Part shown: one piece after another, positions 1-13,799 of the stretch
Numbering within the stretch: position 1 is the stretch's first letter
How the letters are laid out: each line of letters opens with the position of its first letter
DNA from: the human T2T-CHM13v2.0 reference genome, Homo sapiens
Reading direction: 5' to 3' (one strand)
NCBI RefSeq assembly: GCF_009914755.1
Contig: NC_060926.1
Length of the DNA stretch: 64,000 nt
Notes under the pieces: model-generated
The model's database searches: none
Seen by the model: the letters and a program-made list of their open reading frames with translations, nothing else
Told to the model about the DNA's origin: nothing
Translations under genes and position numbers: made by a program

Positions 1-674
1 GACAGCTCCCAGATAACAAGCTCCAGCTGGGAGGGCTTGATTGTTATCAAGCCAGAGTGAGGGAGGCCTTCAATAGGGCTGGCAACAGCATGTGTGTGAT
101 CCACGTGAGAGATTTCCAGCTCCAGGATGTCCCAGAAGAAAAGCCTGTTAACACCGCAGCCGGAAAGCCAGGATGGGCCCGGGAGCCCTGGAGCTTCATC
201 ACATGATAATCATTCGATAGGACGGCCTGCCCAGCCCCAGGGCAAGCTCGCCAGGATTAGCGCTGCCCTGTGTTCATTGACAGCCTTGACATGCCTCACA
301 GCACCCACAGACAGCAGGAATTCAGTTGTGTGGGTAACTACAGAATAATTAACCAGGGTCAAGGCAGGGTCTGGTTTCAGAGAAGCCTGTTTGGGGATCC
401 TCATCACATTCCAGACCCTCAGGAGCTGGGTCCAGTTGTCTTACTCCTCTTGGTCATGGGAGTCACATAATCCTCTGAATGGGGTGTCATTCAGCTCTGG
501 GCACCAGGTTACCATTTGGCCCTCACATTTCCCTTCAAACTCTGGAGTCTGTAATCACAAAACAAAAAGTCCCTAACAACCAACAAGAAGAGAAGTGTGA
601 CCTGGTATATTGGGTAAACCTAGGAGGTCAGCCAGGTGGACATTTATTCAAATGCTGGCTCCAGTACATACAAG

Positions 675-1042
<368 letters not shown>

Positions 1043-1064
1043 CAGGACATAATAGGTTTTTACC

Positions 1065-1200
1065 CGAGGGCGAATTGCTTAATCACTCCGGGGTTCAATT
1101 TTCTCATCTGTGAAGTGGTAACAAAAACACCTTCTGGGGAAGTTATATAAGTAAAAGTTTCTATAAATCACCTGAAACACAGTGGACACTTTATATTATT
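1065..1200 (+). mobile_element. MIR fragment
   Basis: Core-like TTGCTTAATCACTCC...TTTCTCATCTGTGAAGTGG. Confidence 0.55.
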
Positions 1201-2126
1201 GTCATTTTTATTGTGAATATAACTTCCAGCTATTTTTATTAACAGTGCGACTATATTGTATTCCAATCTCCCTTCCTCATTTCTTCCAGGGCTCTATAAT
1301 ATTCTTGATTAGAGCAGTCAAAGAGATTATTCTGTTGAACAAGACCTGTAGACACAAATGGTAAATTCCAAAGAGAAGTATATCATAGATTTCAACCTAG
1401 AAATCTGGAATTCGGTGGCTCAAAGAGTAAACTTCTAAATTCAGTTCCATCACCAGCATTTATTGAGTCTCTCTATGTTTAAACTGTTTTGGGAGCTTAG
1501 AGGATCATTTGCCAATTGCACTACCTTAACTGGGAGTTTAAATGCAGAGATTTCTGCCTTTTGGCCCCAGAACTAGAAATAACAGGAAGAGAGAGGCTCA
1601 TGTAAGTGAGAGCAGGATTTGGCATCTTCTGGTGTCCCTGAATCTCTCCAGCACAAGAACGTTGGGCTTAAAGCGACTTTTCCACTCCATAAATTTGGCT
1701 AATTCTGATAGGATTCACTGGAACCAATCAACCAGCCCGTGTTTCTTGAGCAAGGAGCTGTAACGAGGTATGAAAATCCAGCTCTCAAGAACTCAGGGAA
1801 CAAGACTCACAGATGTAACTGAGCTAGAGAAAATTACACAGCTGAAAATCTCAGGCCACATATGGATGTGATTCAAATTCATATATGGATGTGGTAGGTG
1901 GGTGTGATCTGCAGCACGTCCCTACAAGATGTGATAAAATGGGGTTTGGGGATCATTTTTCAGATGGTTACACTCAGAGTGAACTGGTATGGCATGAAGG
2001 GAGTGTTGAGGGAGAGAAACCTTGCCGAGACACCAACAGAGGGTTCTTGCAAAGGAAAGAACCACTAAACTAAATCACTGAGCACACAAACATTCTGGGT
2101 TAATGTTATTAATAATTGGAACCCCT

Positions 2127-2534
<408 letters not shown>

Positions 2535-2666
2535 TCAGGCACGTAGAAAGAATACTTTCCAAAGGCCCTTTAATCCACAGGGTAACCAGCCAAGACCAGC
2601 TGGGCATTGCTATGCATTTCCTACATTATAGGGACATCTCTATCTTAGAAAGACTAGCTGATTAGT

Positions 2667-2760
2667 ATTGCCAGAGTTTGTGAATAAAAATATAAATAAT
2701 TTTTATTTATTATCTGAAATTCAAATTTAACTGGGTGTCCAGTATTTTATCTGGCAACCT
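2667..2760. mobile_element. MER53 (hAT) internally deleted copy
   Basis: TATCTGAAATTCAAATTTAACTGGGTGTCCAGTATTTTATCTGGCAACC matches the MER53 arm; TTGCCAGA at the left end. Confidence 0.75.
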
Positions 2761-3914
2761 GAGAAGTGCTCCTTTAGAATTTGAGAGTCCATTCCATTGT
2801 TTCAAAAAGCCTTTCCTCCAAATATGGGTAAATTCCATCCTTATTCTCCAGTCTTAAAGTCAAATACCATGGATTGACCATCTGCATCTACAGGAATATT
2901 CCTTCTTTATTCAGAGAAGGACAACTCAGGTTCTCCAACTGGAGAAGTCAGCTTTCTTTGTAATTCATTGGCTTGCCCTTGGGATCTAGTTATTGGAAAG
3001 GATATTTTTATAAATGGAAAGGTATTTGTAAATCTTTACCCTATTCTAACACCGCAGCTAATGAAAGTGCCCATGTTGCTAAAGCAAGAGGCTGAACAAA
3101 CAGAAAGCAACAGGGAGAAGGCAACACCATAAGCCAATCATGCAGTTCTTCCTGCTCTGCTGTTGCCAAAAGAACCTTTATGGCTGGCAGCAAGGCTGCT
3201 AAGCCTGGGCAGGAAAAGGGAGGCTAGACTTCAGCCAAGTCAGAGATTTATGGCCATTTGGGGGAACTCTGGTGCCATTCAAACAAATCTTCACTTGAAA
3301 TGAGTTTTGGAAAAAAAAAAAAAAAAACAAAACAAAAAAAACAATGTCTTGCTATTCCTCTGCTTCTCTCTCTTACCAGGAAAAGCAAATCTATGTCCTA
3401 GTTTTCCCCACTATATTGTGGCATCAGAGAAAGCTAACTTCCTCTCATTTGCCTTGCATGCCAATTTAGGGTTTGATGCATACCCACTGTGAATGAAACC
3501 ATGGATCATCAGCTCCCACATGACTTCCACAGATTCTGAGACTGATAGCTGATCTCCTCGTCCAGCTGCACACACTCACGCATATACTAACATGTACACA
3601 CCCCACAAATGCATCCAAGCTCCTGGTTTCTCTAACTAGGATGTGGAGGGCTGTCTACAACAATGAATAGCATATAAAAGGCAAGAGGAATGGCATGTTC
3701 TTCTTTGCTGCATGATCCCTAACCATTCAACACCTTTACTTCATCCCTCTCTCAACCAGCTCCTAGTACAGGACCCATGCCCTCCCACATGATTTGGCAG
3801 TGTTGACATCCTCCTGCTTGAAATGCATCCTCTCCTAGCTTCCACTGTCATGTCCTAATTCTTTCCCCCACCCTTCTCCTTCTCTTCCTCTGCCTACGTC
3901 TTATCACAGTTCTT

Positions 3915-5220
3915 CCAGAATGTACAAAAATCAGTAGCTTTCTTACATGCAAACCAGATAAAAAATAGAAGAAAAAAACTTTGTCCAATTGCAAAGATGA
4001 ATGTAAAATACGTAACAATAAACTTAAGAATTGTGCAAGACCTATATGAAGAAAACTTGAAAACCATATTAACAAAAAAATTGAATAAAAATTTTGAAAC
4101 CATATTCTTAAACAAAAAGTCATTATTATAAGAATGTCACTTCTGATTTATCTAATAAATTTCATTCCAATTATTTAAAATTCTAACAGTTTTTTTAATT
4201 TGATAAAATATTAAAGTCCATCTGGAAAAATAAACACCTGAGAAAATTCTGAATAGGGAGAGCAATTGAGAATGACTTTGTCTTACTAGATATTAAAATG
4301 CATTGCAAAGCTAGTTATTAAAACAGTACCTATTAATACTTGAATAGGCAAGTGGATGATTGGATCAGAATAGAGAGCCCAGAAGCAAACTCAAATACAT
4401 ATAGAAATTTAGTATATGATAAAGAAGGCATCCCAAATTACAAGAAAACGCAATAGGAACAAAGGACATGAATAGGTAGTTTGAACGTGAAGGTCACACA
4501 TGGCCAATTAATATAGGAAAAAATGAACAATTTCTTTCATATTAAATGCAGATTCAAACAATGAGATGCCATTTTTCATCCCCAATAATACAATTTAAAA
4601 ATTGAAAAATACATAGCATTCATAAGGCAGTGAGAAAAAAGCACACTGATACTTTTTGGGCATATAATTTAGGACAACCATTTTGGAGGACAATTTGGCA
4701 GTGTCTATCAAAATTTCCAATGGATTTAACCTTAGACCTAGCAATTCTATGTCTCAGGATTTGTCCTGTCAATAAACAATACTTGCACCATTGGAGATAT
4801 GTGTGTATATATATATATGAGAAAGTTCTCTGGAACATATTGACATAGCAAACTACTGATACAACCTGATTGCCTATCATAGGTTAGGTAAATAATGGTG
4901 TTATATCATGGAATACAGTACAACTGACAATAAAAAACAAAATATTTCTAGATACACAGACATAGAAAGATGTCAAAAATACTGTGACTCAAACACTAAT
5001 CACAGAACAATTTGTACAATAGGGCCCCACTGTGTAAACGTTAAATGTACATATTGTACATAGATATACATAAAAATGAATATATAAAGAAAAAAGAAAA
5101 AATGTTTATGCATGTATACACAAGAAACCATGCCAGGAGGCTCTGGGAAATGGGACACAGGATGCCGGAAGGGGAAGTTTTGTTTCATATTTACTACAAG
5201 TATGTAGTACTCTTTTAATT
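3915..5220 (+). mobile_element. Ancient L1M ORF2/3' remnant
   Basis: ACAAAAATCAGTAGCTTTC, AGAATAGAGAGCCCAGAAG, ACAATGAGATGCCATTTTTC, GACCTAGCAATTCTA; heavily decayed. Confidence 0.8.
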
Positions 5221-5260
5221 AAATGAAAAAACAACATAATTTTTATTAAAAGGATATTCT

Positions 5261-5630
<370 letters not shown>

Positions 5631-5699
5631 TTAGTAATATCAGAGTGATGACAGAAATGTAAGAATTTGCAATTCCTGAACTGAAAGGAACTTAGATGC

Positions 5700-6064
5700 T
5701 GTCTTAGTTCATTCAGGCTGCTATATCAAAATATCTTGATGGGTACCTATAAAGAACAGAAATTTATTGCTCACAGTTCTGGAGTCTGGAAATTCCAAGA
5801 TGAAGGCACCAGCAGATTCAGTGTCCGCTAAAGGCCTGTTCCTCTGGGTGGTGGCTCCTGTGTGTCCTCACACATCGGGAGGGCTTAAAAAGCGGCGTCC
5901 TCTCAGGCCTCTTTTATAAGGGTCCTAATCTCATTCATGAGGGTGGAGCCATCGTGATCTAATCACCTTCTGAAGACCCCACCCCTTAATGCTACTGCAT
6001 TAGGGATTAAGTGTCAACACATGAATTTGCAGGGGGCAGAGACAAAAACACTCAGACCGTAGCA
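5700..6064 (-). mobile_element. MaLR solo LTR (MLT1A-like) inserted in a MIR
   Basis: TGTCTTAGTTCATTCAGGCTGCTAT...CAGACCGTAGCA; 5-bp TSD GATGC at 5695-5699 and 6065-6069. Confidence 0.85.
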
Positions 6065-6419
6065 GATGCCATGTAGTTCAATATTTCATTTTACAAATAA
6101 GGAAACTAAACTTACAAGGCAAATTCAAGGAAGAGCTGGGACTAGAATATTCACTCAAATTCTCCATCCTTATTTTGTGTCCTTAATAATATCCATTCCT
6201 CAAATCTCCCAGTGTAGAAAATACGTAGTGTAATGTGAGCTTCCAAGCTGACAGGGCAGGGCTTTCTGTGACAGCCACCAGCTCCAGCCAGTCAGCCTCT
6301 CTTCCCAACTTTCTCCATATCACCACAGTAGTTTTGAAGTACTGCATTTCCTTCCCCAGCACATTCTAGGCTGATTAATACCTCCTTGTTTATGCTCCTC
6401 TTAGTTCTTCCACCTCAAG

Positions 6420-6580
6420 CATTCTCTACTTTGACTGCACATTAGAATCACCTGGGGAGATTTTGGAGTTCCCTGAGACCAGGCCACACCCCGTCCCTTA
6501 AATCAGAATCTCTGGGTGGGGGAGGCAAGCCCAGGAATTGATTAAACTACCCAGGTGATTTCAATGTGCAGCCAATGCTG
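6420..6580. mobile_element. MER5-type hAT-Charlie element
   Basis: CTGCACATTAGAATCACCTGGG ... CCAGGTGATTTCAATGTGCAG inverted arms; AATCAGAATCTCTGGG. Confidence 0.75.
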
Positions 6581-6609
6581 GCGCATCTTCCTCTAACCTC
6601 TTTCTTGGC

Positions 6610-6845
6610 CTAGTAATACCTGTTGGCCCTTAAAGACTTCTCTGGGAATCCTCCCCTGATCCAACCTTGACTCCACTCACCCTATGCATATCTCTATCAC
6701 TGGCCTTTCCTCGTGAAATTGAGGATAATTTGTACGTGTCTATAAGCTCCTGGGGGGACAATAGTAATACCTTACTCTTCTTTGAATTGCTGGTGTTTAT
6801 CACAGTATGTGACTCCTGGTGGATGCCCAGTAAACATTTGTGGAC
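6610..6845 (+). mobile_element. L2 3' fragment
   Basis: CTATAAGCTCCTGGGGGGAC...CAGTAAACATTTGTGGA resembles the L2 terminus. Confidence 0.5.
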
Positions 6846-7208
6846 CTCTTCCTCCCAGCTCCCATGAAATCCCTTCATCTTCTCATGGCATCTCATGTCA
6901 GCCTCTTCCTTCCTAAACCCACTGACACCATGAAATTTAAGTTTTTGTCATCTCTACCTGAACTATTATTACCATAACCTTTTACCTAGGCTTTCTTTCA
7001 CTATTCTCTCCTCTCTCCACTCCGTCTTTCCCATCTTCCTAGATCTTGGTACAGAGCATAGCACCTGCTAAAACAGACAGAATCTAGCCCAACTCCAACA
7101 TGAGGTCCTCCAAATCTCGCCAGAACATTTTTCTTTTAGCCAAATTATCCAAACCATAAACATTAGGAAGGAGATGACTGCATACCTTTTCCAAGTCGTC
7201 CTAGAATG

Positions 7209-7243
<35 letters not shown>

Positions 7244-7689
7244 CTGATTTGGGATCATTGAATGCTCTAGAGAAATGTAACTTGTTTGACTTACTATTTA
7301 CCATTGATTCGGGCCCAGATTCTGTAAAATTGGGTGTTAACATTTATAAAATTGGCAAGTTACAAGTGATTTTTTTTTTTGTCCAGTATGATTGCAAATG
7401 AATTCTGTCCGATAGAAATGATAGCTCCACAGGTTATGGCTTTATTGCTCTGTAGAGCCTTAACCAGATTCCTATCTAACTGTGTTGTCTTCTTTCAGTA
7501 TTCCTTCTTTTATTGATTAGATATGCTTTGGTCTTTCAAGCTCTGCTTTGAACCAGTTTATGACTACTTAATGAACTTTTAAGAAAATCTTTGACATGCA
7601 CTCACCATACACTTGTATGATTTATTTTTAAACTTTTTTTAAAATTATACTTTTATACCAGAAGCTCAGCCACACTGAGTATCTGCCAG

Positions 7690-7990
7690 GGCAGCTTCAT
7701 GCCTTAAGGCCTTTGCTCATGCCATTCACTCCAGCTAAAACATCTTATTTTGACCCAACATCTTTCACACTCTTATTCATCCTCCAAAGCTCTTCTCACA
7801 GGGCTCCTCTCTATGAAGTCTCTCCCGATCTCTTAATCTAACTTATTCCATTATTCTGTCTTCTCACTGCAGCCAACCTACCTATATTCCTGTTGTGGCA
7901 GCTCCTGTTCTGCGTTTTACCAACTCAATTGGCAAGTCTTTCTCCTACCACAGCATCCAGCTCAATGCCTGACCAATAAATGTTCACTGA
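7690..7990 (+). mobile_element. L2 3' fragment
   Basis: GGCCTTTGCTCATGCCATTC...AATGCCTGACCAATAAATGTT. Confidence 0.55.
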
Positions 7991-9104
7991 CTATTTGTTT
8001 AATTGGGAATAATCAGTCTTAAGCAACCCACTATTTCAACACTTGGCCACAGCCAAACTCCAAGCAATCTAATAAATGATGGTTGGGGGATTTCCAAACT
8101 TTTTTTTAAAAAAACCACAGAAGATGATTGAAATTGAACAGGCATTTATTGAGCACCTTCTAGGTGCCAAAAGCAAAGATGAATAAGACATGGAATTAGG
8201 CTATCCTCTCAGGAGTAACTGAGCTTGCTTTCCAAGCCTTCTGTGTTCTGTTTAAAAAGAAACATTAAATCCTAAATGAGTTACTGAGAGCTGCACAGGC
8301 TAAGTTTACCAAGTGTTTTCCTTGGCCTATGGTATCTTCCTGAGGTGGAGACATTGATGGCCACAAGCATTCTCAGCCAGCTGTGGCCCCCAGCCTCCCT
8401 GGGGTGGTTTGGCTCATTGCAGAAGGTAGCAGTTGCCCAGTGGGGGCCCCATCAGGAGCCTGGGGACAGGATATGGGCTAAGCCCAGCCTCAGCCTGGGA
8501 GTTCCTTCTGTGGGATTCTTTAGTAGCCATGTATTCCCAGAGTTCTCCTTACACCACAATCCCACAAGCCCAGCTCCAAGTTTGCCTCAACTGTGCTGAA
8601 AGGTACAACTCTAGAGTAGCCATATTATTCAGCTGCATCAAAGGGATGAGTTGGAGACCACCCAGTGTCCTACCAACGTTGCAAAACAGCTCTCCACTTG
8701 CTGCTTTGGGCTTCAAAGGGATATTATGTTTTAATAAGCTGCTGTATAATTAATCAGCCTTCACCCCTCTCCTAGCTGAAATTACTGACGGAAATAAGCA
8801 AACACCCAAAATTTGCTATTTCCCTTTCCAAATGCCAACAGTGAGGAAACATTCCCATGTAAATCAAGACTGGGTGTGGATGGGTTCTGGGCTCCAACAA
8901 GTCTGCTGTCCAACCTCATAACTCAGACTCACTGCAGAGACCTGGGCTCCTCCAGGGGACATCAGAGGGCACGAACCCTGCTTGCCTCCATCCTCATCCA
9001 CCATGCATTGGGCATGGCTCTTGGTGTGGTCATCCTAGACAGATTGAGGCCATTTAATCCATCCAAATTCCCAGGACCCAGCCACACTACCAACTGGGGC
9101 CACA

Positions 9105-9790
9105 GAAAGCCAGAAGCTTTCAATCTCAGCTCTGACCATGGCTGTGTTGGCTTGGGCAAGTTATTCACCTACCTGGGACTCAATGTATTCATCTGTAATA
9201 GTAACAATAGCAATAATAATAAACTATTTCTTGAGTGGCAAGTATAGTATCATAATTAAGAGTAAGTGCTTGGGAGTTAAACAGCCTGGGTTGTAACCTG
9301 GCTGCATCACATACTGACCATGTGACATGAGCAAGTGCCTTAATGTCTCTGATACTCAGATCCCTTATCTGTAAAGTGAGGATGACAGTGGTACCTAGCT
9401 TATAGGGTTGCTGTGAGCATTAAATGAGATAACAAGAGTAAAGTCCTTTAATTAGTGCTTGGCACATAGCATACCCTCTCCAATGTTAGTTATTGTTAAT
9501 ATTATCATCACTATTGTTATTATTACTATTTTTGTTGCACATCAGGCAGTGTACTTTGAAGATATTGTTTAATTCTTACAATAACATCATGAGGTGGTAT
9601 CTCTTTATATGTCTATTTTATAGATAAGAAAACTGAGACTCGGATAGGTAAAACAACCTGGTCATGGTAATAGTAAATAATAATAGTAAATCTAAGATAT
9701 TAAAGATCTATACAACTGCAGAACTACCATAAGGATTTGAGATGACAAATGCAAAGTGCTAAGCCTAGCACAACAAATTCTTAAAAATGT
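9105..9790. mobile_element. Nested/adjacent MIR cluster (two + copies, one - copy)
   Basis: MIR cores at ~9150-9200 (+), 9240-9490 (+, near complete) and 9540-9670 (-); the first MIR appears to resume at ~9730. Confidence 0.75.
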
Positions 9791-10609
9791 AATGATAATT
9801 ATTGAAAATGTAAAATTGGCACTAAGAAATAGGCAGAACACATTTCTCAACCCAACTTCTGATTCATCTGTACAGATCCAGCCAGAGGAAGGACATTCTT
9901 CCTTCCTTAAGGAGAAAGGGCTCCACGTTTAATGAGCAGGAGATGCGGTGGCAAAATATGGACAAAGGTTTCCTCCATCTGAGACTGTGGTGGGACCTGA
10001 GTGTTTTGTACCCTCCAAACTTCCAGGGTCCCTTTTCCTCTTAATAGCTATTAGGCACAAATATTTCCTTCCCATGTAATATGGAAAATCCAGGGCCCAC
10101 CTCAACATATCTGCAGACACTCAGGAGAAGGCTGACTTCCTCCCAGACAGCTCTGGCTCTAAATTCCCCCGCTGGACTCAACTCTGATCCCCCTTTACCA
10201 CTGAGACTGCAGCGGCTGCTCTCCTGCTCTCTGCTCTCCCTCCAGGTGTAGACACGTACCCTCCCTCGATCCCCAAGCATCATGAGCAGGCAGATGTTGT
10301 GTGTAACAAATTTTACTGAAGGTTCAGGAATGAGTAGAGCCTACCAGAGAACACAAGATAAAACTGTCACTGGACATTGTTCCCAGCACACAGGACTATG
10401 TACTACTGTCCTTCTCTTTACACTTTGGCCAGTTGTTGTCATTTTTCCTGGACACCGCCCCCCTCAAAATAGGCCCTTTACCCTTATCCCTTCTTCTCTG
10501 ATTTTTGCATCCATGTATCAGCTCATCTGCCAAAAACTCAGAACACCTGTTATTATAGTACAGAAATCAGGTTTGTTCTCTTTTTGTTGGAAATCTCCTA
10601 CACCTACAA

Positions 10610-10897
10610 CTGCATTCCTTAAAATGGGGTCTGCAGAGTGTGGTGCCAGGCCACGAACTTTGGTTGCCAGTGCACGATGAGATGAGTACAGATGTTAAGG
10701 TTTTATAGCAACTTGACACAGTAATTTTTATGTCTGCTGAATCTAATCATAAAATAAAAATGAGACTTGTGCTTTATATGTCTCTTTTATTTCATGTTTT
10801 TAATAATGTATTTCATTGTATTTTACAAAAGTACCAGTCCAGGAAAGAACAGAGTTTTAAAAGCTAATTCTTCACGTGGATCCTTTGAGAAGCACTG
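10610..10897. mobile_element. hAT-Charlie-like DNA transposon relic
   Basis: Terminal TTTGAGAAGCACTG (hAT TIR-like) with a degenerate left end TTCCTTAAAATGGGGTC. Confidence 0.5.
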
Positions 10898-11134
10898 ATC
10901 TAGACTGACCCAAAAGGCCTGCTTTATGGAGTCCAAATATCCCTTTACTGTGTATTCCCAAAGAAAAGAGAAGTTTTCCCACCCTAAGGAATTCTGCTGC
11001 TCTCCTAGGGCAACTGGATTAACTCAGAAAATATTTTTTTTTCTTCCCCATCAGCCATAAAAAATCAACGCATGATTTACCAGTCATTGCAGCTTATGGG
11101 GCAGGAGAAGGATGTAATGATAACAAAAACGTCC

Positions 11135-11360
11135 ATTTATGCCACCCTTTAGCATTTATAAATCACATTCCTATGCACCATTTCATTTGCTCTTCATGAC
11201 ATCTCAATCAAGCAGCATTAGTATGCATCCTACTTGATGGATGAGAAAATCGAGGCTTTGAGAAGTAAGGTCTTGCCCAAGGTGATTCACCCAAAACACT
11301 AGAGCAGAACTTAGAGCCAGTGCTTTGATTCTAGACTCCATCCCCTACCACCATGTCACA
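11135..11360 (-). mobile_element. MIR
   Basis: GATGAGAAAATCGAGGCTTTGAGAAG...CTTGCCCAAGGT antisense core. Confidence 0.7.
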
Positions 11361-11699
11361 ATGTGATAGAAACCACTGGGTAAACATATTTCAGATAATA
11401 GTCCAAGGGGCTTGAATAGCTAGATACCCAAATCCCCTTTTATCTTTATCTTGAACTGCGTCTGGCCTCCAGATCTCTAGCTAGGTAATCAAAGTGGCTG
11501 GTTTTTATTCTTTTCATGTTGCAACACCTAGAGATAAGCACAGGCCTCTCACCTTTGCTCCTTGCCAGTTCTACTTTACAGCCTTACCTACCTTGCTACC
11601 ACCTTCTTGACTCAGAAGAAAATGGGTCAGGAATTGCCAGGGACCAATTTCAAGAACAAAAAGCAAAGCTCAGAAGTGAGCCTTGAGCTTTCCCAATGG

Positions 11700-12320
11700 C
11701 GCCCTGCCTTGAACCCAGACATCTAATGTGTGCTGTTTTCTAATAAGGCAAACACTCGGTATTGACATTAAATGCCTTCATGGGGCATAGCCGCATGCTG
11801 ACAAAAGCAATGGCCAAAACAAGTGTGAGGCAAGAGTTGAAAAACAATTATGGTTTTAATCTGATTAAACTGTTGCCCAAAAGAAAACCAGAGGGGTTTT
11901 TTAGAACACTGTTTCTGTACTTCTGATTTCTTCCATTTTTATAGCATAAAAATAATTAAAAGTATGCCCACAATACATTTGGCTTCATTCAGCAGGCATA
12001 CTGAAGAATATTACATTTAGTAATTTACATACACTGGAAACATAATTCATTAGATTATCCAGAAAGCTAAGAGCAGCAGGCCAACATGGACAAGTCTCTT
12101 ATGTAACGTCTGCAAGAGCCCATTGCAGGCACATAAAGAGAGCTTGGATTTTCCTAGGAACCATTTTCTTGCAAATGAAACATTTCATTATGGAGCCAAG
12201 TCCATAAATAGACCATTAACGCTGGGAGCGGGGAGGGATGCAGCTATACTGCTGGATTAGCAGGGGAATATCCTACAAGAAATTCATCAATGCCATAGAT
12301 AATTAATTACAGCTCACCTT
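11700..12320. promoter_or_regulatory. Candidate developmental enhancer (homeodomain/SOX motif cluster in a TE-free block)
   Basis: TAATCTGATTA 11857-67, AACAAT 11843-48, TGACA sites, CCATAAA, CATCAAT, TAATTAATTA ~12300; motif inference only. Confidence 0.35.
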
Positions 12321-13759
12321 CTCCCCACATCACCATGCCTTTATCAGCCAGCATTAGGGAAACAGCAGATGGCCAACCAAAGACAGAATGCAATTTTCTG
12401 TCAACTCATTACTTACAGAATCGCAGATTAGGTACGAGACCCCTAGAAGGTCACCTAGGCCATTCCCTTGTGTCCGAAACAATCTGCCCCAGAACCATCC
12501 CAGTCACAGGAGTATCTACCTCCCTTATTCAGAAAGCGTCCCCAGGAAAAGCAATTTTCCTGTCTGCAGAAGCGTGGAATTCCAGGGACTTCCCCTTCCA
12601 TTGGGAAATGGTCCCTGAAGGCTAAATTCTTCGGGGCCTTTTTTTCTCATCAGTATTTGGGTTGGTGTCCCCAGATGGTACCAACACTCCCAAGTCAGTT
12701 TCTCCTGCTGGGTTCCATGGAGACACTTGTGCCATAGGCATTCTCAGGGTCTTTTATTCTCTCCTTGTGGAATGCCAGAGAGATAGCACAACACAGCTTC
12801 TTGTTCCCAGAGTATTTTTATAAAAGACTTAGAAGACCACTGAAAAGTTTCAAAAGCCTTCATGACTATTTTAAGGTTGTTTACTTAAGATGAAAGTACT
12901 TGAAAATTCCCGACTTTATTTTTATCCATCTGTATCAGGGCTGGCTTGTTACTCACACCACAGTCAGTTGTGGAGGGAAAATAAAGTTTCTTTTTTCCCC
13001 CGAAAGGCTCTGCTCTTCCTCAGAAAGCCCATATTAGCTGGGTGGCTGGGAACACTTTGACTCACCAATAGTGGTATTTTAGTCCTGTCCCGTGGAAAAT
13101 GTCCCCTTCGAAAGGCAGTTTTTTCAAAACTGAATTCCCTATCAAAAGTCATTCCTTTTCAAATGAGTCCAGGTATGTAGATGAACTTTGGTCTCTTGGA
13201 TTTCACCTCCCCTTCTGTTCTCTAAGATGCCATCTTGATATATGAAGGGTTATTTTATCCTCTTGCCAGCAGGGGAGACATTTCTCTGGATATCCCCAGT
13301 CCCAGCTGCATATCACCTGGAGCAGATATGCTCCCTACAGTAGTGACAATGAAGATGACCATGACTCATGGTGTGCTTCCTTTTTGGTTAGGGCAGGGAG
13401 TGAAGGGGCACTGTCTTTTGAGGTCAGTGTGCTGGCACTCACCATGGCGGTGCATGTTCCCTGCCACTTGCCTCCATCTCTAAGGCCCTGCACATGCAGC
13501 CTCTTCACTCTGACCACAGGCCTCCTGCAAGTCCACAGGCTGCCTCAGCCCTTCCTCATCCCCTCATCAGGTAGATGGGCCCTTCTGAATTCCTTGCAAG
13601 TCACCACTAGACTATGGTAGCCAGAAGCATGGCCTACTGGCTTTTCAATCTATCCTTCTGTTGCCTGGCCTCTTCTTCGCCATGCCTCCCCAGCCATGAT
13701 GGAGATCTGGAGACTTGGATCTCTTCACTCTTCTCTCTCTCACAAGTGCACGCATGCAT

Positions 13760-13761
13760 GC

Positions 13762-13796
<35 letters not shown>
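13760..13796. repeat. (CA)n microsatellite
   Basis: Direct reading. Confidence 0.95.
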
Positions 13797-13799
<3 letters not shown>

